In this document: in pieces, positions 55,576 to 63,998 of the stretch
Numbering within the stretch: position 1 is the stretch's first letter
Layout: the number at the start of each line of letters is the position of its first letter
Assembly (NCBI GenBank): GCA_043778225.1
Contig: JAYWGM010000051.1
Coordinates: 1-64,000, forward strand
DNA length: 64,000 nucleotides
Origin: Deinococcales bacterium
Lineage (GTDB): Bacteria; Deinococcota; Deinococci; Deinococcales; JAAFIG01
Reading direction: 5' to 3'
The notes under the pieces: model-generated
Told to the model about the DNA's origin: nothing
Database searches by the model: none
Seen by the model: the letters and a program-made list of their open reading frames with translations, nothing else
Program-made: the position numbers and the translations under genes

Positions 55576-56260
55576 GAAGAATCTCGAGTAGTACCGCAGG
55601 CTCATCGCCAATAATGCCGTCCACGCCCATTTCGAGTAGCTTAGCCGCAATTTCTGGGTCGTTGACCGTCCAAGTATTGACTTTCCAACCGCGGGCATGG
55701 GCATTTTTGACCAGTTCTGGTGTGACTTGGCTAAAATGCGGATGAATCGCATTGACCCCCAAAAACGGCGCTAAGTAACCATGATCCAGCCACCAATTTT
55801 TCTGAGAATTATAAAAAAGCAGCCCAGTCTCGAGTCCGGGGGCAAAACGTTTAATACGCCATAACGAAACTGGATTAAAACTCGAAATAATAATTTGATT
55901 GCCCAGTCCACTGCGTTCGACCAAGGTTGCCACGCCATGTTCGCGTCTGTCAGTAGCAAGCGTCTCGAGTTTAATTTCGATATTGACAAACGCACCTGTG
56001 GTTTTAGCCCACGCCAACACTTGCTCGAGTTTTGGGACAGCATAGCCATCAGGTAGGCGCAACTCGGCAAAATCCAGTGCCGCAATGGTGCGCCCATCGG
56101 GCAAATGGAAATCGTGATGGACAACCAAAACGCCGTCCCGAGTGCGTTGTATATCGAGTTCGATACCACCTAAACCAGCTTCTAGGGCAGCTTCAAAAGC
56201 TGGCATGGTGTTCTCGAGATGCACCCGATTTGCGCCGCGATGACCGAGTAAAAGTGTCAC
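55562..56260 (-). CDS. Glycerophosphodiester phosphodiesterase
   Basis: GHRGA, ENT, IELDIQ.TRDG..VVHHD, WTVND. Confidence 0.93.
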   Translation of the reverse strand: MTLLLGHRGANRVHLENTMPAFEAALEAGLGGIELDIQRTRDGVLVVHHDFHLPDGRTIAALDFAELRLPDGYAVPKLEQVLAWAKTTGAFVNIEIKLETLATDRREHGVATLVERSGLGNQIIISSFNPVSLWRIKRFAPGLETGLLFYNSQKNWWLDHGYLAPFLGVNAIHPHFSQVTPELVKNAHARGWKVNTWTVNDPEIAAKLLEMGVDGIIGDEPAVLLEILHDSR

Positions 56261-56343
56261 ACTAGATTCTAACCCATGCTTAGGGGCTATACTATGGCTA
56301 TGTACACTCGTAATTTGTATAAAAATCGTATGGGGAGTCCATC

Positions 56344-57525
56344 ATGATTGACCAAGATTTACGCGAAGCTGGCATCCAACCCGAAGACATCGAAACTAGG
56401 CTCGAGGGGCAAGGTGGAAAAGTTTTAATCATCACCAGCCGAGAATTGGTCTACTACGACAATTCACGACTACAACGCGGCAGGCTGCGTGAAATCGTCA
56501 ATGTGAAGACCGCTAAAACAGGCGAATTAACCGTTAAATCGCCTACCGAAACCCTGATAGATGGCAGTATTAAGGGCTTTGACTTAGCCGAACTCAAATT
56601 CTTTTTTGAAACTGTCAAGGGCGCGATTGCTCGAGCCAAAGCCAGTGCGACCGGCACAGATTTTCCAGCCCCCAAAGCCGCTATCCCAGAACCTATTACT
56701 GCCCCTCCAGCCCTTGCTTCAATGTGGGATGAAACACCAGCCCCAGCCCCGTCATGGGATGCTGCCCCACCACCATCTTGGGATACTGTGCCTCCAGCCC
56801 CATCGTGGGACACCACGCCGCCCACGCCCCCCAACACTTGGATGCCAGAAAAACAGACTTTTGAGGTTGGACCCGATGTCGTGGCGCACAATCCACAAAA
56901 AGATTCTTGGGCAGACTTGGATTCCGAACTCAATCCAGCCAAATCGGGCAGTCTGCCGGGTTTACTCAATGCCTCGGCAATGATTCCAGCCCCTAGCCCT
57001 GTCTTCCCAAGCAAAGCCCCCATAGACCCGTTTGCCGACCTTGCCCGCAATGCGCGTCCCAACAGTGGCGATGACTGGGGCAACTCGAGCAGTCCACCAA
57101 TCAACCTCAAACCTGATGCCAAGCCAGACATCGGCGCGACAGGTGTGATGGTTGCCTCGAGTGCCAGTGGTGAATGGGGCGGCGAAATTATGGATGCCAG
57201 CACCGCCTTGGATGCCAAAACTCCTAAGTCTGGTAAAGGTCAAACCATGCGCTTAGGCGACAACACGGCAGCAATCGAAGGGATTGCCCGTTGGCTAAGG
57301 ATTCTATCGATTGTGTTTTTGATTGTTGGTGCAATTTTACCAGCTTCAATTTTAATCGAAGCTGATTTTTCACCCAGTCTCAATCAATTGGCTCTGATTA
57401 TTGTCTCGTTCTTTGGTGGCTTATTATTGCCACTGATTGGCTGGGGCGTATCCGAACTCTTGGTCAGTTGGGCAAAAGCCGCCAGCGACTTGCGTTCGAT
57501 TCGTAAAGCCACGCTTGGGCATTAA
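56344..57525 (+). CDS. Hypothetical protein: PH-like N-domain, Pro/Trp-rich disordered linker, two C-terminal TMs
   Basis: GGGGAG RBS; repeated SWD..P motifs; hydrophobic C-terminus. Confidence 0.75.
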   Translation: MIDQDLREAGIQPEDIETRLEGQGGKVLIITSRELVYYDNSRLQRGRLREIVNVKTAKTGELTVKSPTETLIDGSIKGFDLAELKFFFETVKGAIARAKASATGTDFPAPKAAIPEPITAPPALASMWDETPAPAPSWDAAPPPSWDTVPPAPSWDTTPPTPPNTWMPEKQTFEVGPDVVAHNPQKDSWADLDSELNPAKSGSLPGLLNASAMIPAPSPVFPSKAPIDPFADLARNARPNSGDDWGNSSSPPINLKPDAKPDIGATGVMVASSASGEWGGEIMDASTALDAKTPKSGKGQTMRLGDNTAAIEGIARWLRILSIVFLIVGAILPASILIEADFSPSLNQLALIIVSFFGGLLLPLIGWGVSELLVSWAKAASDLRSIRKATLGH

Positions 57526-57559
57526 AAAAGGAGCATCATCACGATGCTCCAACTTTTTT
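57524..57559. terminator. Bidirectional intrinsic terminator
   Basis: AAAAAA-GGAGCATC-ATCAC-GATGCTCC-AACTTTTTT. Confidence 0.85.
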
Positions 57560-57682
57560 CTGGCTTGGCTTGGTCTTGGTTAAACTCCAAGCGCTTTTGC
57601 TGTCCTCGCAACGATAAGTCTCGAGGACAACACGGGTTTCGGGTTTAGTGGCAACAATAGTTGTTCGTAAAGTCTTTGTCAT
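57539..57682 (-). CDS. Micro-ORF C (47 aa)
   Basis: MTKTLRTTIVATKPETRVVLETYRCEDSKSAWSLTKTKPSQKKVGAS; overlaps micro-ORF B in the +1 frame, no own RBS. Confidence 0.45.
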   Translation of the reverse strand: MTKTLRTTIVATKPETRVVLETYRCEDSKSAWSLTKTKPSQKKVGAS

Positions 57683-57767
57683 GGTGTCGGTGGCGATCAG
57701 AGACGCGGAGCGCAGCGCGGATGAGAACGAAAGAATGATGTTTGATGGTCGGTTCTCTATTGGTCAT
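57645..57767 (-). CDS. Micro-ORF B (40 aa, His/Cys-rich)
   Basis: AAGGAG 6 nt before ATG; MTNREPTIKHHSFVLIRAALRVSDRHRHHDKDFTNNYCCH. Confidence 0.55.
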   Translation of the reverse strand: MTNREPTIKHHSFVLIRAALRVSDRHRHHDKDFTNNYCCH

Positions 57768-57787
57768 GACAAGCTCCTTATGATCAT

Positions 57788-57814
57788 AAAAAACCTCGGC
57801 GGGTAAGCCGAGGT
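57788..57814 (-). terminator. Internal terminator/attenuator hairpin
   Basis: Minus strand ACCTCGGC-TTACCC-GCCGAGGT-TTTTT between micro-ORFs A and B. Confidence 0.75.
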
Positions 57815-57832
57815 CATCTTTTAAGTAAAAAC

Positions 57833-57928
57833 TTAGATGGGTTCGGCAAAAACAAAATCGGCGGACAGGCGAAAACCTCGAGCCTCGAGTGCGCTGGGTT
57901 GGATAAATAAATTGTTGACCATCTGCAT
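57833..57928 (-). CDS. Micro-ORF A (31 aa)
   Basis: AAAGGAG 5 nt before ATG; MQMVNNLFIQPSALEARGFRLSADFVFAEPI. Confidence 0.55.
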   Translation of the reverse strand: MQMVNNLFIQPSALEARGFRLSADFVFAEPI

Positions 57929-57977
57929 TCACGCTCCTTTTGGATTTTCTGCGCCAAAGGCAGATTTGAGTACGCCA

Positions 57978-58006
57978 AGTGTACTAAGCCAAGTGCATTT
58001 GTGCAA
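57978..58006 (-). promoter_or_regulatory. Sigma70-type promoter of the micro-ORF unit
   Basis: Minus strand TTGCAC-17 nt-TACACT. Confidence 0.7.
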
Positions 58007-58089
58007 GCTACGCCAAAGGGCTTAGAGGACGGTTAAAAGGGGAAAAGGTTAGAAGGTAAAACCAATTTGACCTTTTAATCCTAAATCTT

Positions 58090-59028
58090 TTAGTATCCTT
58101 TTGCTCGGTCAATCAGATTCTCGAGGGGCTTACCCGCCATAAAGTTCTGAGCGTTGCGGCGCAGTAGGCTTTCGGCTTTGCGGTAAAAATTGGGTCCTCC
58201 ACCAGCAATATGTGGCGTTAAAATCAGATTCTCGAGTTTCCAAAGTGGGGAGTCTTCGGGCAGAGGTTCGGTTTGGGTCACATCCAGAGCCGCACCGCTC
58301 AGATGTCCAGACTCGAGGGCAGTCAGCAAATCGGTTTCGATAATCGCACTACCGCGCCCGACGTTGACCAGCCATGCACCTTTTTTGAATTGGGCTAGGC
58401 GCTGGCTCGAGATAAAACCGTGGGTCTCGGGGGTGTCGGGCAGCACCAAAATAACCGCATCAAAATTGGGCAGAATGTGGTCTATGTTCTCGAGTGCATG
58501 AATGGTGTAGGCTTGGTGCTGACGACCCGAACGGGTTACACCTTCTACGTCACAACCAAAAGGCACAAGGCGTTTGGCAATCTCGAGTCCGATGCTGCCA
58601 AACCCAACAATTAAAATTTTTGCACCCTCGAGCGTTAAAAAATCCTTACCCGTCAAGGCGTGCTGATACGCGCCTCTGTCCCATTTGGCATGGTGTTGGG
58701 CATCGCGGAAATGATGCAGACGGCGCACCCCAGCTAGTAACAAACTGACCGCCAATTCGGCGGTTGGGGCATCGTGCAGACCCTTGCCATTAGAAATCAG
58801 GATGTCTGCTCGGGGTGATAAATTCAGCACATGATCTACACCCGCCGAGAGGGTCTGAAGGTACTTTAGATTTGGCATTTGCAATAATGGCGCAAGCCTT
58901 TGCTTACCCCAAACAACCAGCGCATCGGTATTAAAAGCACTCAGATCATCTCGAGAACCAAAACGAACCACTTCAAGCGGAAAATTCTCGAGTGATAGCG
59001 GCACAGAATCTGGAATCAGAATTTGCAT
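58090..59028 (-). CDS. D-2-hydroxyacid dehydrogenase family protein
   Basis: SAGVD, GFGSIG, NVGRG, AALDVT..EPLP, TPHIAG; start ATG 59028. Confidence 0.92.
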   Translation of the reverse strand: MQILIPDSVPLSLENFPLEVVRFGSRDDLSAFNTDALVVWGKQRLAPLLQMPNLKYLQTLSAGVDHVLNLSPRADILISNGKGLHDAPTAELAVSLLLAGVRRLHHFRDAQHHAKWDRGAYQHALTGKDFLTLEGAKILIVGFGSIGLEIAKRLVPFGCDVEGVTRSGRQHQAYTIHALENIDHILPNFDAVILVLPDTPETHGFISSQRLAQFKKGAWLVNVGRGSAIIETDLLTALESGHLSGAALDVTQTEPLPEDSPLWKLENLILTPHIAGGGPNFYRKAESLLRRNAQNFMAGKPLENLIDRAKGY

Positions 59029-59055
59029 CTGACAATTGTATGCGTATACTCGAGC

Positions 59056-59925
59056 ATGATGCAAAAGTTTTTGGCAACAATCCTGCTGGTTTTTTTAAGT
59101 CACTCGAGTGACAGCGCCTCGAGTCCAGTGCTGCTGGCGGTTGGCGACATTGCCACTTGTGGTAACGCTGGCGCGAGCATCACGGCTGGAATTATCAAAA
59201 AGCAACTCGAGTCACACCCCAATGCTAAACTGGCAATTCTGGGCGATATAGCTTATGAGCGCGGCACAGATGCCGAATTTAAGTGCTTTGACGCGGCGTA
59301 TGGAGAATTTAAGAACATTTCCTATCCGTCGCCCGGCAACCACGAGTATTACACCCCCAACGCGCTTGGGTATTACTCGTATTATGGTACTCGAGCCGGC
59401 GACCCAAAACGTGGCTACTACACTTATAAAATTGGCGCATGGCGGATTTTTGCCCTGAACAGCAATTGCGCCCCAATTGGCGGCTGTGACGCAAAAAGCC
59501 CTCAAGTTAAATGGCTACAAGCCACATTGGCACAAAACCCGAGCGACTGCGCCCTTGCCTACTGGCATCACCCCAGATTCTCGAGTGGCAGACACGGCAA
59601 TAGTAGCTTTATGCAGGACATCTGGGCAGTGCTGGCAAAAGCCAAAGTGGATGTCGTGCTGTACGCTCATGACCACACCTACGAGCGCTTTGTACCGCTT
59701 GATATGAACGGTAAACCAGACCCCAAAGGGACTCGAGCTTTTGTGATTGGCACAGGCGGACGCAGCCTTTATCCGTTCTCTAATCCCAATAAAAACAGTG
59801 CAGTTAAGCAAAATACCGACCTTGGAATTGGTAAATTTACCCTCGAGCCAAACGGTTACAGTTGGGAATTTCTGAGTGCTTTGCCAAATGGATTTACCGA
59901 TAAAGGCAGTGCCAAGTGCAATTAA
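59056..59925 (+). CDS. Secreted calcineurin-like metallophosphoesterase
   Basis: Signal peptide; AVGDI, LGDIAY, PGNHEY, WHHP, AHDHTYER. Confidence 0.92.
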   Translation: MMQKFLATILLVFLSHSSDSASSPVLLAVGDIATCGNAGASITAGIIKKQLESHPNAKLAILGDIAYERGTDAEFKCFDAAYGEFKNISYPSPGNHEYYTPNALGYYSYYGTRAGDPKRGYYTYKIGAWRIFALNSNCAPIGGCDAKSPQVKWLQATLAQNPSDCALAYWHHPRFSSGRHGNSSFMQDIWAVLAKAKVDVVLYAHDHTYERFVPLDMNGKPDPKGTRAFVIGTGGRSLYPFSNPNKNSAVKQNTDLGIGKFTLEPNGYSWEFLSALPNGFTDKGSAKCN

Positions 59926-60347
59926 AGCCGTAAATTATGATGGTCTGCCATTAAACAACGACTCTGCACGACTTCGATTCCCGCCTTGAGCAACTTGGCG
60001 CTAAATTCTGGGTTGTGAATGCCAAGCTGTAACCAGACCAGTTTTGGCAATGGCTGCATCGCTAGAATATCCGATAAATGTTGCTCGAGAAATTCGGCAC
60101 GCCTAAACATATCGACAATCTCTATCGGTTCTTGTAGTTCGGCTAAGGTGGCTTTGACTGGCTGATTAAACATTGTTGTCCCAACCAAGGACGCATTGAC
60201 TGGCAAAATTTTGTAGCCAGACTCAAGCATATACTGCGCCACATAATGGGCTGGTTTTTCGGGATTGGCACTGACCCCAAGCACGGCAATGGTTTTAGCC
60301 GATTCAAGCACCTCCCGAACCTCGGACAAGCCAATTCGTTCAAGCAT
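59922..60347 (-). CDS. CoA-binding protein (YccU-like)
   Basis: TIAVLGVS..PEKPA, PVN, VDMFR, VWLQLGI. Confidence 0.92.
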   Translation of the reverse strand: MLERIGLSEVREVLESAKTIAVLGVSANPEKPAHYVAQYMLESGYKILPVNASLVGTTMFNQPVKATLAELQEPIEIVDMFRRAEFLEQHLSDILAMQPLPKLVWLQLGIHNPEFSAKLLKAGIEVVQSRCLMADHHNLRL

Positions 60348-60870
60348 TGGGCATCACCTTTGGTTTTTTTGGTCCTCGAGTTCCGATGTAAACACCAAGC
60401 GCCAAAACAACCAAAGCGGCAATTCCCCAAATCGGACTGGCATCGCCGCCAGCTTTACCCTCGGTGACAGAAAAACGCAAAGGCTGTGTCTGACTCGAGC
60501 CAACTGGCACGAGCTTAGCATCCTCGGGCTGCAGCACATCTAAGTCGAGTGCCGAAGTCCATGTCCGATTGGCTTGGTACATCCGCACCGTTACAATATG
60601 GGCATAAGGTAACTCGAGTGGCAACTGAGCCACATAGTCTGTCCCTTCACGGCGCATCGCATATTCGCCCATCACCCGACCGCCTCGGGTGATGTTCAGC
60701 GTTACGGTTTGCAAATCGGTCATTCCGGGCGAGACCCGAAACTCGAGTTTCTGTCCTTGTAGCACCGTCAAGCCACGCTCGAGATTGGTGGCTGGAGAAA
60801 TTTTTAGGCTGGCTTCTTGTGCCAAAGCGGTGGTAGAAAAAAACGCCAAGATGATCAATAGTATTTTCAT
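60340..60870 (-). CDS. Secreted protein with C-terminal membrane anchor
   Basis: Signal peptide, beta-rich domain, C-terminal TM followed by a basic tail. Confidence 0.7.
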   Translation of the reverse strand: MKILLIILAFFSTTALAQEASLKISPATNLERGLTVLQGQKLEFRVSPGMTDLQTVTLNITRGGRVMGEYAMRREGTDYVAQLPLELPYAHIVTVRMYQANRTWTSALDLDVLQPEDAKLVPVGSSQTQPLRFSVTEGKAGGDASPIWGIAALVVLALGVYIGTRGPKKPKVMPNA

Positions 60871-60890
60871 GTTTTACTCCAGAATCTAGG

Positions 60891-63281
60891 TCACTCTGCA
60901 TCGTCGGTAGGGATAACCGCCGCCACAATTTCGGTTTCGTCGGTCAGTACGGCTTTGACCTCGAGCCGACCAACTTCACGCACCCGATGTGCAAACAGCT
61001 TATTCAACAAACCATAATTCGGATGTCCCGCAAGGCTCGAGACCACCTTTTTTGGCGCGATAGGCTCAAGGTCGCCAAAATCCATCTCGAGCGCTGCAAG
61101 TGGTGGCGCATCGGGTAGCGTTTCTAAATCAAAAGTCTCGAGCGACCCAAGCCCGTCAGGTGCATCTTTAGGGTCAAGAAGCGACCCAAGCGACCCAAGC
61201 CCGTGAGGTGCATCTTTAGGGTCAAGAAGCGACCCAAGCCCGTGAGGTGCATCTTTAAGGTCAAGAAGCGACCCAAGCCCGTGAGGTGCATCTTTAAGGT
61301 CAAGAATGTCTGTGGTCAAGACTGCTACTGACTCCAACTCAAAAGACGACCCATACTCTGTGGGCAATGGCGCATCATCATCAAAGGGAGGTATATCTTC
61401 ATAGACCGAAGGCTCGTCAACTGGCTCGAGAAACACCATCGGTTCTGGCTCGAGAGGCGCTACTTTTTCTGGCTCGAGAGCTGCCACAAATTCGGCTGGG
61501 CTAAATAAGCCAGCTTTGGCTTGGCTACTACCAAGTGCATCAAAAGCCAAATCTGAAGCGACTTGAGACGCAGACTGACTGATTGGCTCGAGCAGTAGAA
61601 GCTCGAGAAGTAATTTTGCTGGTGGAGCTTGGATTTGACTTGACGCGGGTTCTGGCTGTACAGGCAATGGTAAAGCCTCGAGAACCGCCGCCACAACTCG
61701 CGCCGCAGGTTGCGAGGTCGTTGGGTTATGAAGGGCTCTTGAATTTTTTTTTGTGCCGTCTGGCATCACCAATTCAAGTGCCACACCATGCCCAAGCACT
61801 TGCTGGGTTAAGGCTGCTAATTCCTCGAGCTTAGAAGCCACTTGCTCGGCGTGCCATTTGTTCTTGGGGTTGCTGTACTCAATCACCAAAGTATCGGCGC
61901 TCAGATGCCCAACCGCTTCTTTGAGAATCGCCCTAAGCCGCAAATCGGCTTTGAGAATCACGTCTGCCCAGCCTTTAGAGCCTAAAGGCGCAACTGCCTT
62001 TGGCGCTTCTGGGGCGGCTCGAGGCGGAGCGGATGGTGCGGTTTCAAACGGCGGCTCATCCGATTCCAAAACAGGCACAACCGGACGGCGCGGCGCTCGA
62101 GCCGTCGGGTCAAATTCTGGCACAGGGCGCTGCCCACTGGCTTTTAAGCCCTCGTCTACCACTTTTTGGAATGCCCCACGGACTTGCTTCTCGAGGTTTG
62201 CCACCCGAGATTCAAGGGCGGGCGAAACCGTGCCTGTTTCTGTTGCCGTTTCTGGCGCAAGCATGGCTTTGGTAAACGCCATTTCTAAAGCCATTAAATC
62301 CGAAGCCCGAGCAAAACGCCCGTCTTCTTCGTCAAGCGCCCGAATCAGGCGCAGCAAATGCACTTCGCCAAAAGTTTCGGCAACATTTTTAGACAAGCCA
62401 AGCTGGGCGTGTAACTGGTCACGCAAGGCAATTTTGACCCGTTCGGTGATGGTGCGTGGCGCAAAACCATCCGAATAAAAGGCAGTTAAATTCTGCATTA
62501 GGCGCTTGGTGTCGCCTCGAGCCAAGGACATCGCTAAGGCTTCTACACGGTCTTGAGGCGGTAAACCCAGCGCTCCTTCGACCATCTCGAGCGTTAAATT
62601 AGGTTCGCCCGAAGCCAGCAGCCGCTCGAGTAAACTTTCGCCGTCGCGCATTGCCCCATCGGCGGCTCGAGCAATTAAGTTTAAGGCTTGCGGCGAAGGA
62701 TTGACCCCTTCCGCCATAGCGGTTTTTAAGAGTTTGCCTGCAATTTCATCCGCCGATAAACGCCGAAAACGGTAATGCTGGCAACGACTAAGAATCGTGG
62801 CGGGTAAGCGCTCTGGTTCGGTCGTGGCAAGCACAAAAACCGCATGGCTCGGTGGTTCTTCAAGGGTTTTTAAGAGTGCATTAAAAGCACTTTTACTCAT
62901 CATGTGGGCTTCATCGAGGATATAGACTTTTTTATCGCCACGCATCGGTTGTAGGGCTACTTTTTCGCGCAAGTCTCGGACATCATCAACGCTGTTGTTG
63001 CTGGCGGCATCAATCTCGAGAACATCGGGATGTCTGCCAGCAATCACGCTTTTGCACGAGTCGCACGTGCCGCATGGTTTGACCCCCAGCGTTTCGCAAT
63101 TGACGGTCATGGCAATCAGCCGCGCCGTGGTGGTTTTGCCTACGCCGCGTGGACCGCTAAACAGATAGGCATGACCAATTCGCCCGCGTTCCAAGGCTGG
63201 TCGCAGCACATCTTTAACGTGTTCTTGCCCAACGACTTCATCCCAGTGGATTGGTCTCGAGCGTTGATAAATCGCGGTCAT
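60891..63281 (-). CDS. dnaX: DNA polymerase III subunit gamma/tau
   Basis: AYLFSGPRGVGKTT, Zn-binding Cys cluster, EIDAAS, DEAHM, SRC motif; long acidic C-terminus. Confidence 0.96.
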   Translation of the reverse strand: MTAIYQRSRPIHWDEVVGQEHVKDVLRPALERGRIGHAYLFSGPRGVGKTTTARLIAMTVNCETLGVKPCGTCDSCKSVIAGRHPDVLEIDAASNNSVDDVRDLREKVALQPMRGDKKVYILDEAHMMSKSAFNALLKTLEEPPSHAVFVLATTEPERLPATILSRCQHYRFRRLSADEIAGKLLKTAMAEGVNPSPQALNLIARAADGAMRDGESLLERLLASGEPNLTLEMVEGALGLPPQDRVEALAMSLARGDTKRLMQNLTAFYSDGFAPRTITERVKIALRDQLHAQLGLSKNVAETFGEVHLLRLIRALDEEDGRFARASDLMALEMAFTKAMLAPETATETGTVSPALESRVANLEKQVRGAFQKVVDEGLKASGQRPVPEFDPTARAPRRPVVPVLESDEPPFETAPSAPPRAAPEAPKAVAPLGSKGWADVILKADLRLRAILKEAVGHLSADTLVIEYSNPKNKWHAEQVASKLEELAALTQQVLGHGVALELVMPDGTKKNSRALHNPTTSQPAARVVAAVLEALPLPVQPEPASSQIQAPPAKLLLELLLLEPISQSASQVASDLAFDALGSSQAKAGLFSPAEFVAALEPEKVAPLEPEPMVFLEPVDEPSVYEDIPPFDDDAPLPTEYGSSFELESVAVLTTDILDLKDAPHGLGSLLDLKDAPHGLGSLLDPKDAPHGLGSLGSLLDPKDAPDGLGSLETFDLETLPDAPPLAALEMDFGDLEPIAPKKVVSSLAGHPNYGLLNKLFAHRVREVGRLEVKAVLTDETEIVAAVIPTDDAE
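61141..61306. repeat. 39-bp in-frame tandem repeat inside dnaX (about 4 copies)
   Basis: AGCGACCCAAGCCCGTGAGGTGCATCTTTARGGTCAAGA units encoding LLD(P/L)KDAPHGLGS. Confidence 0.95.
61744..61752 (-). other. A9 slippage site in dnaX
   Basis: Nine A on the coding strand at codons 510-513; one extra A gives TAA at 61728-61726. Confidence 0.7.
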
Positions 63282-63344
63282 GGTTTCATCCTATCTTTTC
63301 CTCATGAAACAGGTAATTTGTCTTTCTGGGTACTTGATTTTGGC

Positions 63345-63372
63345 TTGACAAATTCAAGTTTGGGTGTATCAT
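63345..63372 (+). promoter_or_regulatory. Sigma70-type promoter
   Basis: TTGACA-16 nt-TATCAT. Confidence 0.7.
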
Positions 63373-63378
63373 CTGGCT

Positions 63379-63437
63379 AGAGAGGGCTGTGCATATAAAA
63401 GCCGCCCACCCGCCACTTATTAAGGTGGCGGTTTTTT
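63379..63437 (+). ncRNA. Candidate small RNA of about 60 nt
   Basis: Lies between a near-consensus promoter and the terminator CCGCCAC-TTATTAAG-GTGGCGG-TTTTTT, with no convincing ORF. Confidence 0.55.
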
Positions 63438-63998
63438 ATTTTCTAACCACCGATTGAGTGCAGTAATTTGATACTCCTGTAAAAGTGGTCTATAGATGCT
63501 TTGATTCGCAAGGTAAAAGATGTGCCGTAAAAAAGTAAAAGCATTAAAATTCAAGTTGTTTTCTGATTGGAATTGCAGTACCATCGCAAAGTTTGTTTCA
63601 TAGAACACAATCAAATCAGCAAGACTAAGCTCAGTATTTGTGGTTCTTAACTCATTGAAAAATCTTTCGATGGCTTTGATTTTAAAGTGTACATCGGGGA
63701 ATTTATTCCATAAAAATCCTGTGAGAGCAACAGTATCTAAACTTAGGGTAGATGATTTTTGATTGATAATATCATCGAATATTATTTTCTCGGCTGCTTG
63801 CAAAAAAACAGTATTTTCGTTTTTTATGGTCATAAATTCTCTATCTGCCAGTTCAAAGAGTGCAGATAGAACATTGATTTTTCGTTTTAGTACGAGGGGG
63901 ATTTCTTTTTTGTACTTTATTTTATGGTCTACAACGCTCCAAGAGTCTTGAATGATTGTTCTGATCTGAATTTCAAATTTTATGTCTGGGAATTGCCT
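63420..63998 (-). CDS. RelA/SpoT-domain alarmone synthetase-like protein, 5' part outside the window
   Basis: The frame of the 137-aa track ORF stays open to the window edge and reads FEIQIRTIIQDSWSVVDHKIKYK; AT-rich. Confidence 0.8.
   Translation of the reverse strand, partial: RQFPDIKFEIQIRTIIQDSWSVVDHKIKYKKEIPLVLKRKINVLSALFELADREFMTIKNENTVFLQAAEKIIFDDIINQKSSTLSLDTVALTGFLWNKFPDVHFKIKAIERFFNELRTTNTELSLADLIVFYETNFAMVLQFQSENNLNFNAFTFLRHIFYLANQSIYRPLLQEYQITALNRWLENKKPPP

Noticed and set aside
57645..57932. 95-aa ORF from the track
   Set aside because: Its GTG directly abuts the RBS and it runs through a terminator. Two RBS-led micro-ORFs explain the region better.
63282..63420. SRP RNA (ffs) upstream of dnaX, as in some bacteria
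   Set aside because: No SRP domain IV motif (TCAGG..GGAA..AGCAG) on either strand.
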